NCBI GenBank assembly: GCA_004431415.1
Contig: QPMI01000100.1
Span: forward strand, 1-64,000
Length of the DNA stretch: 64,000 nucleotides
Source of the DNA: Cyanophora paradoxa CCMP329
Lineage: Eukaryota; Plantae; Glaucophyta
Reading direction: 5' to 3'
Shown here: in pieces, positions 32,801 through 44,400 of the stretch
Layout of the letters: each line of letters starts with the position of its first letter
Numbering within the stretch: position 1 is the first letter of the stretch
Position numbers and translations under genes: made by a program
Notes under the pieces: generated by a model
Told to the model about the DNA's origin: nothing
Database searches by the model: none
Seen by the model: the letters and a program-made list of their open reading frames with translations, nothing else

Positions 32801-35700
32801 CACCTAGAGGAGCGCGAAAGCTTCCTTCAGCCCCCTCTTGCTCTTCTGAGGTTAGAAAGGAAAGGCTATTCTGGACCTTGATAAGCTTCCGAGGCTATCT
32901 CTCCCCTTTACCTACAGCTCTGGTAACCTCTCCCCTTGATTAGGTTCTATCTTCTACAGCTCCGGTCTTTCGTTACCTCGTCGACGAGCTCCTCGTTGCG
33001 GCGGGTGACCTCCCGCACGTGCTTCTTGAGGCCCCGCTGCTGCTTCCACTCCTCCCGCCGCCGCACCTGCGCATGCGCGCGCGTCGGTGTCTCAGTCAGG
33101 GGCGGCGTTGGAGTTGAATGGGCCGATGCGCAGAGCCCGGCCGCCCGATAGACAGACGGGGCTTAACAGAACAAGCCATCTATCTTAAGCCATCCGGACA
33201 TACTATGCCATCCCGCATCTTCCGCCGCGGCCCGGCGGGCTAGACACCAGCAACCGCCCAGCCTCGACTCTTCTGCCACCCTTCAAGGCCCGCCCGCTCG
33301 CACCTCGGCGATGGCATCTTACCTCCTACGCCCGTCTATCCTAGGCCATCCCCCGCCTTATACCATCTTAGATCTATATCATCCTCTGCTATCCTTCGCG
33401 GCCCGGCGGCTTCGTTCGCACCTCGGCGATAAAGGTGGAGTAGGAGGAGAGGAAGGAGACGACCCAGGCCATGATCACCGGCAGCCCGGGCTGCTCCAGC
33501 TGCCGGGGCGACGAGAAGCGCGGGTGAGAAGGGCGACGAGAAGGCTAGCTGGGACCAGCCCAGCCAGTCCTAGCGCCCGTCTAGTGGGCGGCGTCCCCTC
33601 TGGCCTAGCCTAGCTGCTCCAGCTGCCGCGGCGACGGCAGAGGTGAGAGGGGCGGCGGGGCGGAGCTGAGAGAGCGCGCGCTCTGGGTCCATCCCAGCCA
33701 GCTGCCCCGGCTGCTTTGCCCGAGCTGCTTTGCCTGCTCCGGCAGCGTTGCCCAAGGCAGGTAGGTAGGAAGGGCGAGAAGGGGTCTGCTGCCGTAGACT
33801 CGCGCGCTGGAGCGGACCCGCCGCCGCTAGCTAGCTAGCTAGCTAGCATCTGGTAGCCTCTGGCCGTCTGGCCGCCCCCCCCCCCCCCCCCCCCCCCCCA
33901 GCCGTGGAGGGGGCAAGCCGTGCGCCGGCTAGCAGAGCGCCGGCTAGGTAGGCCTACCCGGCGCCCCCGGCGCTCGCTAGCCTGGGGGAGCCGTCCAGCC
34001 AAGCCCAGTCTAGCCCAGTCTAGCCCAATCTAGCGGACCTCCCGAAGGGGGCGCGTGTTATCTATGTGCCTAGCTTAGGTGTCTAGGTACCTAGCCTAGC
34101 CTAGCCTAGTCCGGCCCGGCCCACGCGCTCCGCTCCGCTCCGCACTGCTCTGGTCTGCGCACCTGGCGCAGGGAGGGCATGGACGCGTAGTGCACGCAGA
34201 AGGCGGTCCACGCGATCGCCAGCACGATGACGACGGAGTGGAAGCGGAGCTGGTACTGCGCGCGTGCGGGTGCGAAGAAGACGTTAGCGGAGCGAGGCGT
34301 TCGATGTACGTTTCACCGAGCAGCGCTGGCTATCCGGGCGCGTCTGTCTGTCTGCCTGTGTGCCTCGCTAGCCCTCTCCGGCCGCTCTAATAGTAGTAGG
34401 AGTAGTAGCAGTAAGGGTCTCTCTAGCCGCCCTGGCCCCTCTAGTAGCAGCAGAGCTGAAGTCTGGCGGACCTGGCTCGCCATGACGAGGCCCATCAGGC
34501 CCATCTAGCCGCCCCCCTCTAACGTCCGTAGCAGTTAAAGCCCCGGGGTTGAAGTTCTAGCCAGTATTTTAGTAACTAGTAGCAGCAAAAGTCTTCTAAT
34601 CTAATCTCGGGCCTCAGATAGCCCTCTAATGGCGGTTAGATAGTTCCGGAAGTCTTCTAATCTAATCTTGGGCCTCAGAACGTAGAACGCAGTATTCGTA
34701 CCTGGCTCGCCATGACGAGGCCCATCAGGCCCATGTCGATCGCATGCGTCATCGGCTGCCGGAAGATCCCGCAGAAGAAGTCTGCAGGGACGGTTAGTTA
34801 GATAGACAGATAGCGATAGTTAGATAGCTAGTTAGATCGCTAGTTAGATAGCTACTTAGTTCGATAGCTAGCTAGATAGGTAGTTAATTAGCTTGAAGGG
34901 GATGGGCGGATGCATGGGGGCCTCGAGGGGCGGGCGGCCCGGCGGGGGCGTACACTGCGACCAGAGGAAGAAGAAAAGGCAGACGGCCGCCAGGATCTTC
35001 TGCTGGTGTTGCCGCAGCCGCCGCACGCGCAGGAGCATCGTGTTGACGATGCCCACGCCGCACAGCGCTGCGCAGCTCCACGCCACCCGCACGCGCGTGT
35101 CATCGCCCGCGAGCGCCGTGTGGTACTGCGCGGGCGGCGTGAGGCGCGGCTCGCGGGTGCGCGGCGGGCGACCGGGCGCACCACGAGGGACGAGACGGCG
35201 GCGAGGACTGCGCGCGCCATTGCGTGAGCCTCGGAGCTCGATGAAGCGCGCAGGCGGCTCGGCGGGCCCGGGCGGCGCACCGAGCAGCAACGAGATCTGC
35301 CGGTAGCGCTGCTGGAGGAAGTTCAGGCTGTCCTCCTGATAGGAGGACTCAACCTGCGGGGAGCACGAATGCGTCGGCGGTGCTTCGGGCGTTTCTCGCA
35401 GGCCCGAGCCCGAAGGCTGTGTAGCGGGGCGGGCGGCGGTGCGGAGCGAGGGCGAAGGCCTCACCTGCGGGTCCGCAAAGCGAATGCCGAACGACAGGCC
35501 TTTCCGCCGCGCGAAGTCCCTGTCATCGTCTGCCGCCGCCGTTTTTTTAGCGGACCCATGGGAGGCCGCTCAGCATTCGCACCTATGACCAGTTGCGTGC
35601 TCGAGGAGATCTCTACAGTATGGGAAACTGAAACTTTCACTGTGTGGCGCCCACTAACACCAGTGTGGCGCCCACTAACACTTTCAGCCGCGGCGGCCAT
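26833..35700 (-). CDS. Membrane-anchored class I 3',5'-cyclic nucleotide phosphodiesterase
   Basis: Catalytic motifs YHSAIHAADVVQS, AAVVHDLGHGGFTNAF, YNDRSPLENYH, MVLSTDLAVHF, AADVAN, EFFRQG|DEER and AKCQ|AGFLDFIVLPMY. Several hydrophobic N-terminal exons follow IRFADPQ|VESSY. Confidence 0.93.
28349..28675 (-). repeat. ~145-bp intronic tandem repeat carrying copies of the preceding exon end and donor site
   Basis: GCGGACCGCCCTGGCGGAAGAA(C/T)TCGGCCATGA occurs at 28352, 28497 and 28641 (the last is the real exon). Confidence 0.92.
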
Positions 35701-36097
35701 GCTGGCCGGCTTTCATGTGCCGCTCAACCCGGAAGGGTGAGCTGCGCGAAACGATGCCGGTAGCCAAGCCGCGGCGGATTGGAGCACAGATTGTTGTGCG
35801 CCGGCTGTTATCGCTCAAGACTTCTCCAATCTCCCGAACAAGCTGCGAGCTCGGCGGCAAGCACCATGCCGCCGTGATGCCGGCGCTGTGGGCGGGCACC
35901 GCTAAGCCAAGCAGCTTCAATTCGCCGTACCCGTCTCGGAAAAAAGTCTCTGCCTCGCGAATTCGAAGCACACCGGCCTCTCGAAGCGTTTCCGCCTCCC
36001 TTCTGCCACCCTTTTCGCGACGTGAAACGCCGGAGCACGTTGCCTTGCGACCCGCAGCTGCAGCTTGGCGGGAGACGCAGTAGCACGCGGGCAATCG

Positions 36098-36790
36098 ATG
36101 GCGGCATGCGCATATGATCTCTCAGAGTTCCGAAGCTGGCTGAGCACACCGCTGGACTTCCGGATAGAGGAGATGCTCAAACAAGCTGGGCTCCTCTTCC
36201 GAGTCGGCCACGGCGTCCAACTGTGCGGCGAGGCGGGCGTCCGCTTGTTTACGTCGTCGCACGCGGTCCGGTGGCGCGATTTGCAGAGCGTTCACCTGCG
36301 GATCGTGCTTCAGCAAGTGGCCATCGCGGCCGGCAGCCGCACCTGTGTGCAGACGGAAGATCTGAGCGAAGCGGAGCTCCTTTCTCTCATCTACGAGGAT
36401 CTGCATCGGAGCTCGAAACGGGCGCCGGATTCGACGGAGGCAGGCCCGGCGGAGAAGCGCCAGCGGAGCTTCAAAGGCGCACAGCTCGATGGCGAGGGCA
36501 ACAGCCACATGCAGGATCACGAGCACATGCAGGGTGCGAGTCGCCGGCGCACGAAGCCGCGCCCGATGCTCCGCTCTTTCTGACCTTGAGAGGACGCAGA
36601 CATCGACGAGGTAGTCAACAGGCTAGGGGACGAGCATCTCCCTCAGGCGTGGAAATACAGAATAGAGCTCGGAATCCCCCTTCCCAAGAGCGCATTCAGC
36701 TGCGGTCCACCGGTTCGACCTCCTTGCGTTGGTTTCGAGCATTTCGGGGGAGCGTTGACCCTCGTTGGATCCGCGCAGGTGGTGGGATAG
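36098..36790 (+). CDS. Small hypothetical protein (3 exons; upstream exons possible)
   Basis: MAACAYDLSEFRSW…HEHMQ|DIDEVVNRLGDEHLPQAWKYRIELG…GPP|VVG* joins in frame through GTGCGA..CAG and GTTCGA..CAG introns. Confidence 0.6.
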
Positions 36791-37072
36791 TGGTATACAT
36801 AGGCGCCGGCGCCGGCTAACTAGGGAATAGATGTGCAGCTAAGCACCGATTCATTAGGTATCGAGACAAGCCGCAGTTTCAATAGCTTATCATAGATAGC
36901 GTAGGCGGACCTCGCACTCTTCCCAATCAACCGTACCAATTCTCAAAGCCCGTCGCAAAGAGTTTCGGAAGCGCACTTAAGATCTCGGTTTACTGGGGCG
37001 GCGTGGAACACGCGGGATCCGGAGCCGCGGCCGGCTGTATAGCTAGCGCTAGCCAGCCAGCTAGCTACTAGG

Positions 37073-40000
37073 CTAGCCGAGGGACGTGGGGAGCTCGGGG
37101 CAGGTCTCCCAGGAGGACGCGTGGACCCCGTCCAGGTACGTCTCCACAAAGCGCTCGAAGGGCTTCAGCTCGATGCTCCGCACCCCGCTCGTCATCGCCG
37201 CGAAGCGCCGCTTGCGGCTGGGGGAAAGAAGGCAAACCAAAGGCGAATAGTTCAGCGGAGATGCGCGAGGGCGAGTGCTTCAAATCAGAGAGCGGGACGG
37301 ACCTCCAGAGCAGGATGAGGATGAGGGCGGGGCGCTGGACGTCCAGCGAGTCCTCGTCCCAGCGGCCCCGGAAGTCGAAGAGGGGCGGGCGTCCCTCGCG
37401 GTGGAACACGTGCTCGAGCCAGCGCTCGGCGGGGCTCAGCGCGCCCTGCCCCCCGGCCGGGCGCACCCGCACGTGCACGAACTGCACGCGGCTGCGGGGC
37501 GCACGTTCCGAGTAGTCAGTCGTAGTAGTCAGAAAGAACAACGAAAACGTCGTAGGGGCTCACCTCTCGGTGGAGAAGACGCGGGCCAGCGTCTCCGCGG
37601 CGCCCACGACCGAGGCGCGGCCGTCGGAGACGCACAGGGCGCAGTAGGGCGCCAGCGGGTCGTAGACGAGGCGCCGGTACGAGGCCGGCGTCAGGTCCGC
37701 CAGGAGCTCCACCTCGTCCCCGCCCTCCCCGCTCCCGCTCCCGCTGCCGCTGCCGCTCCCCGAGGAACGTTCGGCTTCGCTCTCCTCGCGCGCCTCCCGC
37801 CGGCGACCGTTCCCGTCCGCGTGCCGCTCGCGCTCGCGCTCGCGCTCGCGCTCGCGCTCCCGATGCTCCCGCTCCCTCTGCTGCTCCCTCTGCCTCTCCC
37901 GCTGCCGCCGCTCCTGCTCCTGCTGCTCGTGCTCCCTCTGGCGCTGCGCCTGCTGCTGCTGGTAGTGCTGGTGCGCCTGTTGTTGTTGTTGTTGTTGCTG
38001 CTGCTGCTGCTGGGCGGCGGGCCGCTGCCGCGCAGAGCTGGCGTGCGCTTGGTGCGAGCCCCCGCTCGCCTGGTCCTGTCGGCTCGCCCCTTGCTGCTGG
38101 CCGGACTGCGGCTGCGGCTGCTGCCTCGGGCGCTCCTGGCCCGCGCCCTGGCCCGGCGGCTGCCGGGCCTCCCCGCGGCTCGCCAGGAACGTCAGCACCG
38201 AGTACAGAGCCGCCGCCACCATCAGCATCGACGCCGTGTTCTGCGGCGGGCTTCGTCAGCGGCGCGGGCGACGGGGGCGAACAAACGAAAGCTTGCCTGG
38301 GTGGCGAGGTGGAAGACCTTGGAAACGAGCCCGGCGAAGGCGGTGAGGGGCCACAGGTAGCGCGAGAGGGCGGAGAGCAGGTCATCCATGGCCGAGGCGG
38401 GCGGCGGCGGGTCCCGCACAAGGGGCGCCCCCCCCGAGGAGGACTGCGGCAGGGCCATCCACTGCGCAAAGTCCGGGTCCGAGACCTTGCGGGCCCAGCC
38501 CGCGATCTCCTCCGCCAGGGCCTCCTGACTGCCGCCCTGGGGGAGGCGGCGCCCAGCGTAGCGCCCTCGGCCCGCGTCCATCACGATGAGGTACGCAGGG
38601 GGGGCCTCCGCCGGCGCGGCGCCCGCGCCCGCGCCCCCGGCCGCGGCGGCGGCGGGGGCGGCGGCCGGGCGGCGGCCGCCCAGCGGGGCCAGGGCCGCGT
38701 TGCAGAAGTCGGGCTGCTCGGCGCAGTCGGCCCAGAGGAACCGGAGGGGACGCCCGGACTCGGAGCCCTCCTCCCGCGCGTGCCGCACGGCCGCGGTCCG
38801 CAGCGCGGCGCGGGCGGCCGAGCCGCGGACCGAGTCTCCGGCCAGGACCACGCATAGCACCGGGGAAGGGGCGGAGGAGCCCTCGGAGGAAGAAGAGGAG
38901 GAGGAGGAGGCGGAGGCGGCCGGCCCGCACAGCTCCTCGTAGGCGGCCCGCGTGAGGGGCGGCGAGGCGGGGTACCGGTTCGCCGCCAGGGCCCGCTGGA
39001 GCCGGGTCCGGGAGAGGGGCGGGGAGGGGTTCGTCTCCGATACGGCCGATGCGCCCACGAAGGTAGGGACGACGGGGCCCGTCGGGCCCTCGGAGAGCAG
39101 CACGAGGCTGGGGAGGTCGGCCGCCCCGTACAGAGCGGCCACCTTGGCGCCCCAGTCGGCGCTGCCGCCGCCGCCGACGGGGACGTACGCGACGCGGACC
39201 GAGCGGCGGTGGAGCTGGGCGGAGACGCGGAGGGGGAAGGGGACGGTGGGCTTGCGGGGCGAGTCCCGCGCGAAGAGGACGGCGTGGACGCTCTCCGGCT
39301 CCAAGTCGAGGAAGGAGGCGAGGTCTTTCTGGGCCCGGAGCACGGAGACGCGCTCCGGAAAGAACGCGGCGACGTAGTCCACGAGGTGCTGCGCGTTCAC
39401 GGCCGCCGCGTTGGTCGCCAGCGGCGGGTCGCTGAACTTGTCCATGCGCTGGCCCCGCACGAAGGCGAGGATCGTGGGGAGCGCCAGCGGCACATTCACG
39501 CCGAGCGCAACCTCGGCGGCGGCGCGGTCCCGCTCCGAGTGGATGCGGCCGACCGCCACGCCGAGCTGCGCGAGCTGTTGGGCCGCCTGGCTGAACGGCT
39601 GCGCGAGCGCCCGGCACGAGGAGGACCAGTCGGCGTAGAGCATCACGAGCCAGACGCCGTCCTCCGCCCGCTGCGCGGCGCCCCGCGCCCCGACGAGCTC
39701 CTGGAAGTTCGCGTTGGTGAGGGGCACCACGCTCGCGCCGAACGCGATCGGGTCCTTCCCGCTTGCCGCCGCCGAGGCGAAGGCGTTGCGGCCGACGGAG
39801 TAGCGGCCGCCCGAGCCGGCGAAGCGGCGCCAGTGGTACTTGAAGATGTCCTCGAACGTGTCGCCCTCCCGCGCGTACGCGAAGCCGCTGTAGGCGCGCT
39901 GGGCCTGCTCCTGCGCCTGCCGCATCTGCAGCTCCCGCTCGTCCGTCACGCCGTACATGTCGTAGTTCCGGCGCTTGGCGGGGTCCGATAGGATCTGGTA

Positions 40001-40501
40001 CGCCGTGTTGATCTCAACGAACTTGTCGTGCGCGGCCTTCCCGCCCTGATTCTTGTCCGGATGCCAGCGCATCGCCATCTGCGCACGCGGCGATGCGAAT
40101 GCTTAGACGCGACCTCGCAAGCTACGGCGGGCGGTAGCCGAGGCCGCTCGAATGCGCGGCGCCCCGGCCTCCCGACGCTCTGCACGGCACAAGCACGCAA
40201 GCATGATCGACTGCGAACCTTTCGGTAGGCCTGCGGGCGGCACGCGGGAAGATTCGTGAGATAAGGCCGGGCGAGACCAGGAGGCCGCGCGCGCGTGAAC
40301 CTTCTCGATGTCCTTCTGCGATGCCGCACGGTCCAGCCCCAGCGCTTTGTAGGGGTCCAGCCGCGCGAGCGCCAGCGCGAGGACCGCCGCCAACACCGCC
40401 ATGCGAAGGCCCCAGGTCACCGGCGTGGCGGACAGCGTCCTCCTCCGCCCGCCATGCGGAAGGACCCGCCGGGCGGGCCCGCTTCCGGGCGAGGCCGCCA
40501 T
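37073..40501 (-). CDS. ER-type DnaJ + thioredoxin-fold membrane protein (DNAJC16-like)
   Basis: Signal peptide, then J-domain DPYKALGL…|AYRK|MAMRWHPDKN…ILSDPAKRRNYD. Trx-like VWLVMLYADWSSSC. A TM segment is followed by poly-Q and (ER)n tracts. Confidence 0.88.
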
Positions 40502-40825
40502 CGCTCGACGTCGACCCTGTACCCGGGCGTAGCCGCTGTACCCGGCGCCCTCGCCTTTCTTCCGGCTTCCTTCCTTGTTTGTCGCTTTACGGAGTTCACG
40601 GTGCGCGCCTCGCTTGGCTACCCCGCCCTCCGTCCGCCCGAGATGAATCGCGCTTTGGAAAAAGGGGAAATCCAATGCTCCGCCGACCGCCGAGAGCCGC
40701 TATCGGCCGAAATGGCCGCAGAGGTTGAACTCTCGCTTTCTTCCGCAGAAAATCATCCTCACGCTTTGCCACGCCGCGCAGGTCGCCAATCCGCGGTAGC
40801 GATCGACACAGCGCCGACGTGAGCA

Positions 40826-41950
40826 ATGGCGTACGATTACACAGAGGGCCCGCCCGTCGACGTCACGGAGGAGGATGTGCCCGAGGTCATGGATGAGGCG
40901 ACGCTGGAGCGGTTAGCGAGGGAGGGCAAGAGCGCGCCCGGCGTCAAAGAAGTGAAAGAAGAAATCGAGGAGACTCCGTGGCGCTCGGTTCAGGACCCCA
41001 GGACGGGCCAGTTCTACTTCTGGAAGTGCGCCGCGCTTCTCGCTCTCCCGCCATGCTTTTGGTCCGGCCGCTGATCGTGCCACCAGTGCAAAAACAAATG
41101 AAACTACATGGACAAACCCCCTGAAGAAGAACGAAGAGCCAGATCCCCACGCAGCGTATGCGGCCTACTATCAGGGCTACTACCAGCAGCAGCACTACGC
41201 CGGGGGCGACCAACAACAACATCACGGATCACATTCTCACTCTCCTCTGCCAGCAGTCGCAGCTTCCAGCTCGGGAGCGAACAGCGTGCCAGTCGCGGGC
41301 ACGTCGGCCTCCCCTCCGCCCGCAGCCGCGGCGGCCGCGGTCAGCGCGGACTCGCTCTCCAAGCTCGACAGCATTCTGAACCAGATTGAAACGAAGGTGC
41401 TTGCAACCGCTCGCCTTGCTGCGTCTCGCCTCGGGTTTTGTCTAATCGCTAGCCGGCTCGTAGGTCAAGGCCGAGCTCGGGCACACGAATGCGGAGGACG
41501 TGCCGCCGGCGCCCGAAGAAGATGATGATGCGGATCAGAACGGGGGTGAAGCAGGAGCCCAACACCAACACGGCGCACAGGGTTAGCGCAGCACTGCTTC
41601 CGGTCTCCCGTGTTTCCAGAAACCTCACCGCCCGAGCAGATCCGAACGCGGAGTACTCGCAGAAGTTCCCGTCGTGGAAAGCGGAGTTCTACTCGACGGA
41701 GGCGCGCGACAGGCGGCAGATGGGCTACTACTTCGACTACGAGCAGGTCCGCCTGGTCCCGCCCGGCCCCGCCCAGCGGCCCCCGCCGACACCGGCGCGC
41801 GCGCTCGCGCTCGCGCAGTGGGTGCAATCCAAGAACGAGGCGATGCTTGGCGGCAAGCGGAAGAAGCCCAATCAGAACGACATGGAGAACTTTAGGCAGA
41901 AGAAGGAGGAGCGCCGCCTTAAGAAGATCGCCAAGTGGCTCGCCGACTAG
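40826..41950 (+). CDS. Small WW-domain protein (resembles the fungal SPBC660.06-type conserved WW proteins)
   Basis: WW: PWRSVQDPRTGQFYFW..|..TNETTWTNP. C-terminus RDRRQMGYYFDYEQ|W…FRQKKEERRLKKIAKWLAD*. Confidence 0.78.
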
Positions 41951-42094
41951 CCAGCCCTCCCTCCCCCCAGCGCTCTGCCCCCACCGCCCCCTGCCTCGTG
42001 TACCCCTTCTCTCCCCTGCCTGTCCCCAGTCGTATCTATCCGTCGTCCGCGTTCGGATAGCATTTGCATGGGGGCGGGCCGGGGGGTACGGCGC

Positions 42095-44233
42095 CTACAG
42101 GAAGGGGAGGGTGAGGACGGACAGGACGCCGGCGCCGTCGCCGACGACCACCTCTGACGAGTCGGGCCTCAGCACGAAGCGCGACGCCTGCGAATTCGAA
42201 GCGAAAGAAGCCGGCTCAGGGCGGGCGGGGGCATAGAGCGGGCCAGCTAGGCCGAGCTCGAGGGCGCCGCGCCGCGTTTCTTGCATGTAATTATAATGGA
42301 TGCAATTTATAAATCTAGGTCAAGCTGAATCTGGTGTAATCAAAGGCGCCGTGCCGCATGCACCTGGTCGCGCGCGAGCCCGACGGCGTCGGAGTTGACG
42401 TTCGCCTCGCCGTCGGCGGCGATGGTGAACTGGAAGCAGCGCAGCGCCTGCTCGTCGAGCGTGAGGAGCTTGCCGGCGAGGCCCTCCCCGTCGCGCTTGG
42501 CCGAGAAGACGGCGCCGTTGATCCACGTCCCGTGCTCCCCGCTCTTCCCAACCTCCTGCATGCTATCCAGGTCCCAGATCTGCGGTCGGCCGCTCGTTTG
42601 CTCTTTGAACAAATTCGAATTCGAAATGGAGAACGGCGTACCCGGACGACGCGGTCCTCGCCGCCGGAGAAGAGGAAGCGGGAGCACTCCTCGAGGGAGA
42701 GGTCCTCGCCCCGCGCCGGCTGCAGGAACCCGCAGCACCGCACCTGCCCCGCCACCCCTTAAGACAAAGCCGAAGACAGAGAGCCGAAGACAGAGAGAGG
42801 GCGGACGCAGTCGGAGTGGCCCTCGAGGCAGGCCTCCTCGTCCCAAGAGCCGGCCCGCCAGACCCGCAGGCTGTTGTCCAGCGAGGCAGACACCAGCCGC
42901 CGCCCGTCGGGGCTCCACGCGATCGACCGGATCTGAGGCCGACTCGAAGTTAGAACTGGGCCCAATATCGAGATCTTTATTATAAATTAGGCCCCAGGCT
43001 TAAGATCTTGAATTAGACCTAAAACGTTAACTAGGCCTCGCCTCGCCTGGCCGAGCCGAGGCCTGGGGCGGGGGAGCCCCGCACGCACGCACCCCGTCGG
43101 CGTGGCCCAGCATGATGGCGACCTGCGTCCAGGTCGTAGTGTCCCAGATCTGCGCGGATATGAGCGGCGCCGTCCGGGGCGGGGCGGGGCGGGGTACGGC
43201 CCCGCGCGCGAGCGCGCGCGCCTTGATGCAGCCGTCGTAGGAGGCCGATGCGAGGAACTTGCCGCACGGGCTGAACGCCGCCCCGAACGCCCACTGCGCC
43301 GCCGGCTCGCTCGGGAGGGGGGGGGAAGGAGGAGGGGTACGGGACGGCGCGCCTGCGTGTGGCCCTCGAGGGTGGCCACCTGGGACCAGTCCTCCGCATT
43401 CCAGACCTGGAACGAGCCGGGCTCAGCCGCGGGGCGGGGCCCGCTGGGGGGTACACGCACGCGAATGGTGGAGTCGCGGCTGGCGGACGCGAGGAGCTTT
43501 CCGTCCGGAGAGAAGCCGAGGCCTGCGGGGCGGACGCGCGCGCGCGTGTTGGGCGCGCAGAATATGAGCGGCGCTGCGGCGCTGCGGCTCGCACCCTCGA
43601 CGAAGCCGATGTGCCCGCGCATCATGGCGAGCTCCTCAGTGCCCAGCCTGCTCGTGTCCCACACCTGCGCGGCGCCCGCGTTCGCGCAGCCGCCGCCAAT
43701 CAAGCGCGCTCTAGCTAGCTGCCGTACCTTGATTGTCTTGTCCCAGCTGCAAGTCGCCAGCCTGGTTCCATCCGGGGACATCGACATCGCCGTCACGCGC
43801 ATATCTGGCGCAGGTGTGAGCGGCCGGCGGCCGCACAATAATCCGGCAATCAAATCTCCTGACCGTGGCCGGCCCAAACGGCGAGCTCGGCGGCGAGCTG
43901 CGATACGAAAGAGCCCTTTAGCTAAAGAAGGAGCGACGAAGGCCAGCCCACGCCGGCTGCGCGACGCACCGGGGCGGGCGGAGCTGCGGTGGCCTCCGGC
44001 GCCGGCGTCGACTCGGCGACGACCCGCGGCACAAACGTGCGCACGCGGCGAGTTTCGCTGGACCCGTTCCAACGCGCGCGATGGACAGCCTCGCCGTGGA
44101 AGAACGAGGCCAGGCGGCCACCCGCGCGCCGCGCCGGCTCGGGCCGGGCGGGGCACAGCTGGCCCTCCTGACGGCTCTGGACCGCGCGGGCAGCGCCCCG
44201 CGTCGCCGGGAGGCCTGTGCAGGTGAAGGCCAT
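42095..44233 (-). CDS. WD40-repeat protein (5' end uncertain)
   Basis: Repeated GH…SPDG…S.D..I.VW motifs: GH|DMRVTAMSMSPDGTRLATCSWDKTIK|VWD, FSPDGKLLASASRDSTIR and WSPDGRRLVSASLDNSLRVW. Confidence 0.88.
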
Positions 44234-44400
44234 TTCAATGTGTACCCGGGTGCGGTTCGTCCCCGGGGGCGCGGCGGTTGAAACTCATCAAGTCGCGCGC
44301 CGCCCGTTCGCTTCCCGAGTCGCTTTTCTCCCCGGCCCGCTTCGCCTTTGCCCGCTTCTCGCGCTCGCGCAGGTGCTTGTCGCGTGTACACCCGCGCTGG

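Noticed and set aside
35698-35740. Overlapping divergent start codons (CATG) with a plus-strand exon MLAGFHVPLNPEG
   Set aside because: I could not link this exon convincingly to the 36098 gene.
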